From an uncultured Anaerolineae bacterium (GTDB taxonomy: Bacteria; Chloroflexota; Anaerolineae; JACIWP01): a stretch of 64,000 nt of DNA. Position 1 is the stretch's first letter; each line of letters opens with the position of its first letter. The position numbers and the translations under genes were made by a program. The notes beneath the pieces are model-generated. The model was not told the origin of the DNA and did not search any database. It saw nothing but the letters and a program-made list of their open reading frames with translations. Below are positions 19,759 to 28,284 of this stretch, piece after piece. The stretch spans positions 74,131-138,130 of the forward strand of contig CALIBQ010000012.1 in NCBI GenBank assembly GCA_938049385.1, in the 5' to 3' direction.

Positions 19759-21512
19759 GCGCCCTCCTGCGCCTTCGCCGGCGCGAACAGCACATCCACC
19801 ATGGCGAGCACCTGTTCGGGGGTGTAGTTGCGCAGTTTGCTGGCCTTGTTCGGGCAGACCGTGGCGCAGGCACCGCATCCCTGGCACAGCGCGGCGTTGA
19901 CCGTCACCAGGGGCTTCCAGGGATGGGGCCGGCGGGCCTCGTAGGGACAGGCCGGCACGCAGAGCTGGCAGGCGGAGCACAGCTCCGGGTCTACCCAGGC
20001 GATGGTCGGCTCCTGCACCAGTTCATGGCGCGAGAAGAGGGAGAGCACCTTGGCGGCAGCCGCGCTGGCCTGGGAGAGGGTTTCGGGAATATCCTTCGGG
20101 CCCTGTGCCGCGCCGGCCAGGTAAATGCCGGCGGTCAGGCTCTCCACCGGCCGCAGTTTGGGATGCGCCTCATTGAAAAAGCCGTGCGCATCGGTGCCCA
20201 CCCGCAGGCGCTGGGCCAGGTCACGCGCATCTGCTCGCGGCACCACCGCCGTCGCCAGCACCACCAGGTCCGCGGCGATCTCCACCTGCTGGCCGCTCAA
20301 TGTATCGGCTCCCCAGACGATGACCTTATCGCCGTCGCGGAATATCTTTGATACCTTGCCGCGCAGGTACAGCACGCGCTCCTCTTCCATAGCGGCCTGG
20401 ACGAATTCCTCGGCGCCCTTGCCGCCGGAGCGGATGTCAATATAGAAGACATAGGCCTGGCCGTCAGGAGACTGCCGGCAGAACAGCCGCGCCTGCTTGG
20501 CGGTGTACATACAGCATATCTTGGAGCAGTAGGGCATGGCGTGTTCGGGGTCGCGCGAGCCGGCACACTGCACGAAAACCACCTCTTTGGGCGGCCGGCC
20601 GTCGGAGGGCCGCAGTACCCGCCCACCGGTGGGGCCATCTGGACGCAGGAGAGCCTCCATCTCCAGGCCGGAGATGACGTCGGGGACAGCGCCGGCGCCG
20701 TACTCGGGGAGCTGTTTCATGGGATACAGGTCGAAGCCGGTGGCCACGACGATGGCGCCGACGCTTGCCTCCTGCACCTGGTCCTCGCCCCGCCGGCGGA
20801 TGCGCACCGTGAAGTTCCCCACGTAGCCGTTGAGCGATTCCACCTCGCTCTCTGTCAGGACGGTGATCTCGGGGCGTGCGCGCAAGGCATCCAGCTTCTG
20901 CGCCAGCAGGTCGCCGGCCGATTCGAAATTGAGATAGGTGCCGGAGAGCTGGGCCATGCGTCCGCCCAGTTGCGCCTCGCGCTCCACCAGCAGGACGGGG
21001 AAGCCGGCTTCGGCGATGTCCAGCGCCGCCTGGATGCCGGCAATGCCCCCGCCGATAACCAGGGCACGGCGCACCACCGGCAGGGTGAATGGGAGCAGTT
21101 CCTCATCGTAGCGCACCTTCTCGATGATGGTGCGGATGACCTCGATAGCCTTGCGGGTGGCGGCGTCCGGGTCCTTGGCGTGCACCCAGGAGACCTGCTC
21201 GCGGATGTTGGCGATCTCGACGCGATAGGGGTTCAGGCCGGCGCTCTCGGCGTTGCGCCGGAAGGTGGCCTCGTGCATGGTGGGGGAACAGGCGGCCACG
21301 ACGATGCCGTCCAGCTTCTCCTCGGCGATCTTGCGGCGGATCAGCTCCTGTCCCGGTTCGGAGCACATGTACTTGTAGTCCAGGGCCACCAGCACCGCCG
21401 GCGCATCCTTGAACGCGTCCAGCACCTGCGGGATGTCCACGGTGCCGGCGATGTTCAGACCGCAGTGGCAGACGAACAGACCGATACGGTGGGCCTTAGT
21501 TTTCGCCGGCAT
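19755..21512 (-). CDS. hdrA: HdrA paralog with N-terminal domain and C-terminal ferredoxin, lacking the inserted ferredoxin
   Basis: FVCHCG, AACSP, NIREQ, GGGIAG, CAGSRD..YCSKICC and CSACQLC motifs. Confidence 0.9.
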   Translation of the reverse strand: MPAKTKAHRIGLFVCHCGLNIAGTVDIPQVLDAFKDAPAVLVALDYKYMCSEPGQELIRRKIAEEKLDGIVVAACSPTMHEATFRRNAESAGLNPYRVEIANIREQVSWVHAKDPDAATRKAIEVIRTIIEKVRYDEELLPFTLPVVRRALVIGGGIAGIQAALDIAEAGFPVLLVEREAQLGGRMAQLSGTYLNFESAGDLLAQKLDALRARPEITVLTESEVESLNGYVGNFTVRIRRRGEDQVQEASVGAIVVATGFDLYPMKQLPEYGAGAVPDVISGLEMEALLRPDGPTGGRVLRPSDGRPPKEVVFVQCAGSRDPEHAMPYCSKICCMYTAKQARLFCRQSPDGQAYVFYIDIRSGGKGAEEFVQAAMEEERVLYLRGKVSKIFRDGDKVIVWGADTLSGQQVEIAADLVVLATAVVPRADARDLAQRLRVGTDAHGFFNEAHPKLRPVESLTAGIYLAGAAQGPKDIPETLSQASAAAAKVLSLFSRHELVQEPTIAWVDPELCSACQLCVPACPYEARRPHPWKPLVTVNAALCQGCGACATVCPNKASKLRNYTPEQVLAMVDVLFAPAKAQEGA

Positions 21513-22848
21513 GGACCACCTCCGGAACAGCTTGCCAGCGGGCGAAGAGGGCGAGCACCTTGGCGGCCGCGGCGCTGGCCTGCGCGACGGTTTCGGGGAT
21601 ATCGCGCGGGCCGACCGCCGCGCCGGCGATGAACACTCCCGGCCGGCGGGTGCTCACCGGCTCCAGGTTGGGGTTGACCTCCTGCAGGAAGCCGTGCGCA
21701 TCCACGTCAATGCCCAGCAGTTCTGCCAGCCGGCGCGTCTCCGGCCGCGGCACGATGGCCGTTGCCAGCACTACCATGTCCGCGGCGATCTCCACCTGCT
21801 GGCCGCTGAGGGTATCCGCCCCCCAAACCACCACTTTGTCGCCGTCGCGGAAAATCTTGGAGACCTTGCCGCGCAGGTACAGCACGCGGTCCTCCTCGAC
21901 GGCGCGCTGGAGAAACTCCTCATAGCGCCGGCCGGCGGTGCGGATGTCAATGTAAAAGACGTAGGCCTGGCCGTTCGGCACCCGATGGCGGTACAGCATG
22001 GCGTGCTTGGCGGTGTACATACAGCAGATGGTAGAGCAGTAGGGCATGGCCTTTTCCGGGTCGCGCGAGCCGGCACACTGCACGAAAACCACTTCTTTCG
22101 GCTCGCGCCCGTCGGAGGGCCGGCGGATTTTGCCGGCGGTGGGGCCGGAGGCGGACAGCAGTCGCTCGAAGGCCAGGCCGCTGATGACGTCCGGCACCTG
22201 GCCGGCGCCGTACTCGCCCAGGCGCGTTACATCGTACAGGTCATAGCCGGTGGCCAGGATGACGGCGCCGGCCTCAATCTCGAACAGCGCATCCTCCTGG
22301 TCGTAGGCGATAGCACCGGTAGGACAGAACTTCTCGCAGACGCGGCATTTGCCCTGGGTGAAGAAGCGGCAGCGCGCTTTATCAATGATCGGCTTGTTGG
22401 GCACGGCCTGCGGGGAAAGGGTGTAGATGGCCTTGCGCCGGCCCAGGCCCATATCAAAATCGGACTCCACACGCGTCGGGCATTTCTCGATGCACACGCC
22501 GCAGCCGGTGCAGATATCCCAGTTGACGCCGGCCGCGCGCCGGCGGATGCGCGCCCGGAAATGTCCGACCTCCCCCTGGATGTCCTCGACCTCGGCGTAG
22601 GTGATGAGATGGATGTTGGGATGGTGGCCAACCTCAACGGTGCGCGGGGTCAGGATGCACTGGGCGCAGTCCAGGGTGGGGAAGGTCTCCGATAACTGCG
22701 CCATGTGCCCGCCGATGGAGGGGAGCTTCTCCACCAGGGTAACCTCGTAGCCGGAATTGGCGATATCCAGCGCGGCCTGCATGCCGGCGATGCCGGCGCC
22801 GATGATGAGGGCATGCGGGTTCGGCGCACCAGTGTGCCGGGTCATCAT
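21496..22848 (-). CDS. hdrA: HdrA paralog with FAD domain and inserted ferredoxin, lacking N- and C-terminal domains
   Basis: GAGIAG, LSETFPTLDCAQC, CTGCGVCIEKCP and CAGSRD..YCSTICC motifs. Confidence 0.9.
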   Translation of the reverse strand: MMTRHTGAPNPHALIIGAGIAGMQAALDIANSGYEVTLVEKLPSIGGHMAQLSETFPTLDCAQCILTPRTVEVGHHPNIHLITYAEVEDIQGEVGHFRARIRRRAAGVNWDICTGCGVCIEKCPTRVESDFDMGLGRRKAIYTLSPQAVPNKPIIDKARCRFFTQGKCRVCEKFCPTGAIAYDQEDALFEIEAGAVILATGYDLYDVTRLGEYGAGQVPDVISGLAFERLLSASGPTAGKIRRPSDGREPKEVVFVQCAGSRDPEKAMPYCSTICCMYTAKHAMLYRHRVPNGQAYVFYIDIRTAGRRYEEFLQRAVEEDRVLYLRGKVSKIFRDGDKVVVWGADTLSGQQVEIAADMVVLATAIVPRPETRRLAELLGIDVDAHGFLQEVNPNLEPVSTRRPGVFIAGAAVGPRDIPETVAQASAAAAKVLALFARWQAVPEVVHAGEN

Positions 22849-23747
22849 GGGGCTTTCACCTCTCCCAGAACGCCGGCCTGCGTCAGCACCGGTCGGGGGT
22901 CCACATAATGCTGTTCGAAGCCGTAGCCGCTGGTGTCCAGGCCGAAGGCCAGGCCCATCAACTGGGTGAAGTACAGCACCGGCAGGGGTCGATACGAGGC
23001 ATACTGCTGGCGCAGGCGGGCCTGGAGCCAGTCCAGGTTGAACTGGCACAGCGGGCAGGCGGTGGCAAGCACATGCGCGCCGGCCCGCTCTGCGGCCGAA
23101 AGGATGCGGTACGACATGGGCATGGAGGCCTCAGGGGACTTCACCGTCAGGTATGCCCCACAGCACTCGCCGCGATGGGGGTAGTCCACCACCTCGGCGC
23201 CCAGCGCCGCCAGGAGCTGGTCCATGATGTCCGGGCGCTCCGGGTCATCCAGGGCGATCTCGGCCGCCGGCCGCAGGAGCATACATCCGTAATAGGCGGC
23301 CGCACGCAGACCCCGCAGGCCCGGCACGGCGCACTGTCGGATGGCTTCCAGGCCGATATCATGCACGAAAATGTCCAGCAGATGCCGCACCTCGACCTGG
23401 CCGGCATACGGCTGGGGCCGCTCCAGGAAGGCGTTCAATTTTTCCAGCGTCTCAGGGTTATTGCGGAGGAAGTGGTTGGTGCGGCGCAGGACGTTGAAGC
23501 AGGTGGCACAGGCCACAGCCAGGGTATCGCCGCCGGCCTCGGCCGTGCTGACCAGGTTGCGCGCCGGGCCGGCCAGGTCCAGCACGTTGTCGGTGGAGAG
23601 GGGGAAGGTCGCCCCACAGCAGTTCCATTCGGGCAGGGTGACCAGCTCCACCCCCAGCGCGCCGGCGGCATCCTTCGCGGAGCGGTTGAAGCCCACCGCC
23701 TTGGTCTCCAGCGTACAGCCGGGAAAGTAGAAATAGCGCATCTTCAC
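22845..23747 (-). CDS. hdrB: Heterodisulfide reductase subunit B
   Basis: FPGC, WNCCG, YYGC, ECCG and ACPLCQ motifs. Confidence 0.92.
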   Translation of the reverse strand: MKMRYFYFPGCTLETKAVGFNRSAKDAAGALGVELVTLPEWNCCGATFPLSTDNVLDLAGPARNLVSTAEAGGDTLAVACATCFNVLRRTNHFLRNNPETLEKLNAFLERPQPYAGQVEVRHLLDIFVHDIGLEAIRQCAVPGLRGLRAAAYYGCMLLRPAAEIALDDPERPDIMDQLLAALGAEVVDYPHRGECCGAYLTVKSPEASMPMSYRILSAAERAGAHVLATACPLCQFNLDWLQARLRQQYASYRPLPVLYFTQLMGLAFGLDTSGYGFEQHYVDPRPVLTQAGVLGEVKAP

Positions 23748-23777
23748 GCTCCAGTGCGTGTAATGATCTGCTCGGCG

Positions 23778-24185
23778 TCAGGCCGTGTATTTGCGGAAGC
23801 CGGCAATGAATGCCTGCTGAGGGAACTCGGCCAGCGCCTGCACATCCAGCCGGGCGATCTCCAGATGATCGCCTCGCTTCTGCATGGCCAGCTCCCGCAG
23901 GGCCTCCATCAGCCGCGGCAGGTCTACCCCTTTGGGACAGCGCGCGTAGCAGGTCTGGCAGGCCGCGCAGTACCAGATGGTCTGGCTTTCCAACGCGCGC
24001 TCGACCTGGCCCAATTGGACCAGCCGGATGATCTGGTTGGGCAGGAGGTCCATGACCTCCGCGGCCGGACAGCCGGCGGAGCACTTGCCGCAGTGATAGC
24101 AGGCCATCACATCCTGGCCGCTGACCTCCTCAATGCGCCGCACCCATTCGGAACGCACCTGCTCGACAGAAATTGTCACGCGCAT
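23778..24185 (-). CDS. hdrC: Heterodisulfide reductase subunit C (short)
   Basis: CYHCGKCSAGCP and WYCAACQTCYARCP motifs. Confidence 0.9.
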   Translation of the reverse strand: MRVTISVEQVRSEWVRRIEEVSGQDVMACYHCGKCSAGCPAAEVMDLLPNQIIRLVQLGQVERALESQTIWYCAACQTCYARCPKGVDLPRLMEALRELAMQKRGDHLEIARLDVQALAEFPQQAFIAGFRKYTA

Positions 24186-24188
24186 GGG

Positions 24189-24761
24189 TTACACCTTCTG
24201 CAGGAGTTTGCGGTACTTTTCCCGCTCCGCAACATAGGCATCGCCGCCGTAGATGTCGTTGATGACAATAGCCGGGAAGTCCACCACTGTCAGTTCTTGG
24301 ATCGCCTCCGGCCCCAGGTCTTCATAGGCGATGACGCGGGCGGCGACGATACTGCGGGAGATGAGCGCGCCGGCGCCGCCGGTAGCGGCGAAGTAGACGC
24401 ACTGATAGCGCTTCATCGCCTCGATGACCTCGGGGGCACGTTCCCCTTTGCCGATCATGCCCTTGATGCCGGCGGCCATCAGGCGCGGGGCATAGGCGTC
24501 CATGCGGTAGCTGGTGGTGGGGCCGGCGGAACCAATGGGGCGGCCGGGCTTGGCCGGCGAAGGGCCCATATAATAAACGACCTGGCCGGCGGGGTCAAAG
24601 GGAAGCGGTTCGCCGCGTTCCAGGGCCTCGACCATGCGCTTGTGCGCCGCGTCGCGCGCCACATAAATGATGCCGTTGATGAGAACCTTGTCGCCGGCGC
24701 GCAGGGGCGTGATCTGCTCCAGGGTGAGGGGTGTAGTCAGGCGAATTCCTGTCTTTTCCAT
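24189..24761 (-). CDS. Class I fumarate hydratase beta subunit (Fe-S hydro-lyase)
   Basis: ARDAAH, GSAGPTTSYRM and MIGKG motifs. Confidence 0.92.
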   Translation of the reverse strand: MEKTGIRLTTPLTLEQITPLRAGDKVLINGIIYVARDAAHKRMVEALERGEPLPFDPAGQVVYYMGPSPAKPGRPIGSAGPTTSYRMDAYAPRLMAAGIKGMIGKGERAPEVIEAMKRYQCVYFAATGGAGALISRSIVAARVIAYEDLGPEAIQELTVVDFPAIVINDIYGGDAYVAEREKYRKLLQKV

Positions 24762-24781
24762 GACCGTGTTCCTTTCGTCGC

Positions 24782-25627
24782 TCACAAGATAGCTTCTTTA
24801 TGGCGCGCCGCATGGCACTGGATGTTCACCGCCACCGGCATGCTGGCCAGGTGGCATGGATGGGTCTCCACATGCACGGCCAAGGCCGTTGTACGGCCGC
24901 CCAATCCCTGCGGGCCGATGCCGGTGCGGTTGATGCGCTCCAGCAGTTCCCGCTCCAGGTCTGCCACCTCTGGCTCTGGATGGTGTTCGCCCACTGGGCG
25001 GAGCAGGGCGTGTTTCGCCAGCGCCATGGCCTTATCGGCGCTCCCGCCGATGCCAACCCCGACGATGATAGGCGGGCAGGGGTTGGCGCCGGCCTTTTCC
25101 ACGCTTGCCACGACGAAGTCCACGATGCCCTGCCGGCCGGCCGCCGGCGGCATCATCGAGAGGAAGCTCATGTTCTCACTGCCGCCGCCCTTGGGCAGGA
25201 CGATCAGCTTGAGCTGGTCTCCGGGAACAAGCCGCACGTGGATCACTGCCGGCGTGTTATCGCGGGTGTTCTTGCGCGCCCCAAAAGGCGGGTACACCAT
25301 GGACTTACGCAGATAGCCCTCGGTATAGCCCTGACGCACCCCCTCATTGACGGCATCCTCAAACGCACCACCAACAATATGTACATCCTGACCCACTTCA
25401 GCGAAGACCACGGTCAGGCCAGTGTCCTGACAGATGGGGACCTCCTCCTGTCGGGCAATGGCGGCGTTCTCCAGGATTTGGTCGAGGATTTCCCGCCCCA
25501 GCGGTGAAATCTCCTGTTCGCGAGCCTTCTGCAGGGCTTGGACAACGTCCTCTCCCAGGAAGTAATTGGCCTCCATGCAGAGGCGCTTGACCGTCTGTAC
25601 GATGTCTTGAAAGGAGATCTCTTTCAT
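24782..25627 (-). CDS. Class I fumarate hydratase alpha subunit
   Basis: PICQDTG, KGGGSEN, NPCPP and NIQCHAAR motifs. Confidence 0.93.
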   Translation of the reverse strand: MKEISFQDIVQTVKRLCMEANYFLGEDVVQALQKAREQEISPLGREILDQILENAAIARQEEVPICQDTGLTVVFAEVGQDVHIVGGAFEDAVNEGVRQGYTEGYLRKSMVYPPFGARKNTRDNTPAVIHVRLVPGDQLKLIVLPKGGGSENMSFLSMMPPAAGRQGIVDFVVASVEKAGANPCPPIIVGVGIGGSADKAMALAKHALLRPVGEHHPEPEVADLERELLERINRTGIGPQGLGGRTTALAVHVETHPCHLASMPVAVNIQCHAARHKEAIL

Positions 25628-25684
25628 GGATGGCGTCCTCCCGCCTGCGTATGTAGGATGTGGTACCTGCTCTGCCCTAGGGGG

Positions 25685-25805
25685 AATAAAACAACAGGAC
25701 ACGTTTGGTCAGACTGCCGGCGCAGTTGGCGGCCGGTCTCCCACGCAAACGTGTCCTGTGCGGAAACCCATGTCCTTCCTATGGGTAAACCTCGTTTCCC
25801 GGCAC
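25685..25805 (-). promoter_or_regulatory. Structured 5' leader / attenuator of the fumarase-hdr operon
   Basis: Perfect 14-bp inverted repeat (25694-25707/25746-25759) followed by TGTTTTATT on the minus strand; upstream hairpin ACCCAT/ATGGGT. Confidence 0.55.
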
Positions 25806-25903
25806 GACCTGCATGCCAACCGACAGCGATTATGGGCCGCATGGATGGTTCATCTTCACCAATAAAAATTGTTCAATATGCTGTCAATGCCAGCCTGTGC
25901 TCC

Positions 25904-25932
25904 ATTATAATACGAGCAAGGCTTTTGTCCAA
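25904..25932 (-). promoter_or_regulatory. Sigma70 promoter of the fumarase-hdr operon
   Basis: TTGGAC-N17-TATAAT. Confidence 0.65.
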
Positions 25933-25948
25933 ATGTGAAACAGATTGC

Positions 25949-25977
25949 TTGAACTCTCCAAACTTTTGTGATATAAT
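25949..25977 (+). promoter_or_regulatory. Sigma70 promoter of the ABC transporter/MttB operon
   Basis: TTGAAC-N17-TATAAT with TG extension. Confidence 0.7.
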
Positions 25978-26147
25978 GGCGTTGGCCGATGAAACATTGA
26001 CGTTTCCTCGCGCGGCGTGCGGTTCCCTTGCGGCCCATTCCTCATCATGACAGTCCGAGAGACAGGTTGTACTGTCTGTTGCGGGTTACTGGCATGGCGG
26101 CCATGCCAATATCATCATTCCCCGAGAGAGAGGGAGGAGGTCTAACC

Positions 26148-27278
26148 ATGGGTCACAAAGTCTGGAAGCTGTTGGTGCTGTTGGTAGTGGCAGTGCTGGT
26201 AGCCGCATGCGCGCCGGCGACACCCACGCCAGCCCCGCAGGCGACTCAGCCGGCGGCCGGCCAGGTGTGCACCGTGGGCTTCATCAACCACCTCACCGGC
26301 GATGCCGCGGCGTATGGCCAAAGTATGAAGAAGGGCGTTGAGCTGGCGCTGGATAAGATCAACGCCAACGGCGAGAAAATCCGCGTCATCTTCGAGGATG
26401 ACCGCCTCTCCGCCGCAGACGCCCAGACGGCCTTCCTGAAACTGGTGGACAGCGACAAGGTTCCCGTCATCCTCGGCTCCGGCTCTAGCACTGTGACGCT
26501 GTCGCTCTGTCCCAAGGCGGAAGAGCGCAAGGTGGTGCTCATTTCCTCTATCTCCACGGCGCCGGCGCTGAAGCAGTGCGGCGACTACGTCTTCTCCGCC
26601 ATGGCATCCGATGATGCCCAAGGCCCCGAATGGGCGAAGGTGGCCGAATATCTGAAGGCCGATGAAGTGGCCGTGATGTACCTCAACAACGACTACGGTA
26701 TCGGCGTCAAGGATGCCTTCCTCGCCTCGTACAAGGGCAAGGTGCTCATCGCTCAGCCCTTTGAGCTGGGCGCCAAGGACTTCCGCACCGAAATCCTGAA
26801 AGTCAAAGCCACCAACCCCAAGGTGGTGTTCATCGTGGACCATGTGGCGGAAGGCAGTATCGTCATCAAGCAGGCCGCCGAGCTGGGCATGAATGTGCAG
26901 TGGGTCACCGACGTTTCCATGGTGGCGAAGGAAGTGATTGACCTGGCCGGCGCGGCCGCCGAGGGCATCATGGGCCTGCGGGCCGGCAGTACCCAGACTC
27001 CGGAGTACAAGGAGTTTGAGGCGGCCTTCCAGAAGAAGTTCAACGAGCCACCCACCATCTGGGCCGACTTCTCCTATGACACCATGATGCTGGTAGCTAT
27101 GGCCATCGACAAGTACGGATGCAACTCCGAGGGCATCCAGAAAGGCCTGATGGAGGTTTCGCAGAGCTACGTTGGCCCGTCCGGCCCCAAGGCCTTCAAC
27201 GAGTACGGCATCTCCCAGGGCGTCTACGAGTGGATGGTGGTCAAGGACGGGAAGTGGGTCCTGTACGAGAAGAAGTAA
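26148..27278 (+). CDS. Liv-type ABC transporter substrate-binding lipoprotein
   Basis: Lipobox VAAC; periplasmic binding protein type I features (NNDYGIG); GGAGG SD. Confidence 0.9.
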   Translation: MGHKVWKLLVLLVVAVLVAACAPATPTPAPQATQPAAGQVCTVGFINHLTGDAAAYGQSMKKGVELALDKINANGEKIRVIFEDDRLSAADAQTAFLKLVDSDKVPVILGSGSSTVTLSLCPKAEERKVVLISSISTAPALKQCGDYVFSAMASDDAQGPEWAKVAEYLKADEVAVMYLNNDYGIGVKDAFLASYKGKVLIAQPFELGAKDFRTEILKVKATNPKVVFIVDHVAEGSIVIKQAAELGMNVQWVTDVSMVAKEVIDLAGAAAEGIMGLRAGSTQTPEYKEFEAAFQKKFNEPPTIWADFSYDTMMLVAMAIDKYGCNSEGIQKGLMEVSQSYVGPSGPKAFNEYGISQGVYEWMVVKDGKWVLYEKK

Positions 27279-27316
27279 CCCTTTCCCAAGCTGTTACAAC
27301 AGGTTGACCCTGCAGA

Positions 27317-27348
27317 TGAGGTGCCAGGCCGGCCGGCCTGGCACCTCA
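27317..27348. repeat. Perfect 32-bp palindrome between the binding-protein and permease genes
   Basis: TGAGGTGCCAGGCCGG|CCGGCCTGGCACCTCA. Confidence 0.8.
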
Positions 27349-27374
27349 AAACCGCCACGCAACAGGAGTCATGG

Positions 27375-28259
27375 ATGGATATCTTCGCGCAGTTGCTGGT
27401 TAACGGGTTGATTGCCGGCGGTACGTATGCTCTCGCAGCCATCGGCTACTCGATGGTTTACAGCATCCTTAAGTTCATCAACTTCGCCCACGGTTCTATC
27501 GCCATGGTGGGCGCGTACATCACCTTTTTCCTCGCCATTCAAAGCCTGCATTTACCCCTGCCGGCGGCCTTCTTCCTCTCGATGCTCCTCACCGCCCTGC
27601 TGGGCATCAGCGTGGAGCGCATCGCCTACCGCCCCCTGCGGCGCGCCCCCAAACTCGCCACCCTGACCACCGCCATCGCGGTCTCCTTCGTGCTCGATGC
27701 GGCGGTCATGATCCTGATGGGGGCGGATATCAAGACCTTCTCCCTGCCGGTGATGCAGGGATACAGCATCGGGCCGGTGCTCATCACCCCGGTGCAGATC
27801 ATCATCATCGGCGCCAGCCTGCTCTTTATGCTTCTGCTGTACATCCTGCTGACGCGCACGAAGCTGGGCAAGGCCATTCGCGCTGTCGCCGATGACCCCA
27901 GCCTGGCGGAGGCCAGCGGCATCAACGCCAACGTGGTCATCGCCGCGGTGTTCGGCATCGGTTCGGCGCTGGCGGCGGCCGCCGGCTCACTCATCGGCCT
28001 GGACACGAACCTTCAGCCCACGATGGGCTTTCTCATCACCATAAAGGCCTTTGCCGCTGTGGTGCTGGGTGGCCTGGGAAGCGTGTATGGAGCGATCGTT
28101 GGGGGATTCATTATCGGCATCGTGGAGAACCTAGGCGTGTGGGTGATTCCCCCGGTTTGGAAGGACACCATTGCCTACGGCATCCTGATCCTGGTGCTGT
28201 TCGTGTGGCCGGCCGGCCTCTTTGGCTCCGTCGAGGAAGCCGGCGTCCTTCAGCAGTAG
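27375..28259 (+). CDS. livH: Branched-chain amino acid ABC permease (LivH-like)
   Basis: INFAHG, TKLGKAIRA and AVVLGGLG motifs. Confidence 0.88.
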   Translation: MDIFAQLLVNGLIAGGTYALAAIGYSMVYSILKFINFAHGSIAMVGAYITFFLAIQSLHLPLPAAFFLSMLLTALLGISVERIAYRPLRRAPKLATLTTAIAVSFVLDAAVMILMGADIKTFSLPVMQGYSIGPVLITPVQIIIIGASLLFMLLLYILLTRTKLGKAIRAVADDPSLAEASGINANVVIAAVFGIGSALAAAAGSLIGLDTNLQPTMGFLITIKAFAAVVLGGLGSVYGAIVGGFIIGIVENLGVWVIPPVWKDTIAYGILILVLFVWPAGLFGSVEEAGVLQQ

Positions 28260-28284
28260 CCCTGGGAGGGAGGATATACCGAGG

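Noticed and set aside
12740-23747. Selenocysteine in HdrA or MvhD
   Set aside because: No in-frame TGA within these ORFs
23748-23780. hdrC TGA is in frame with hdrB, with no intervening stop (possible Sec readthrough fusion)
   Set aside because: No Cys-motif context or clear SECIS hairpin; hdrB has its own GGAG SD; in-frame spacing is expected by chance
25868-25890. Rex-like operator TTGTTCAATATGCTGTCAA
   Set aside because: Spacing and right arm deviate from the TTGTGAA-N4-TTCACAA consensus; too weak to call
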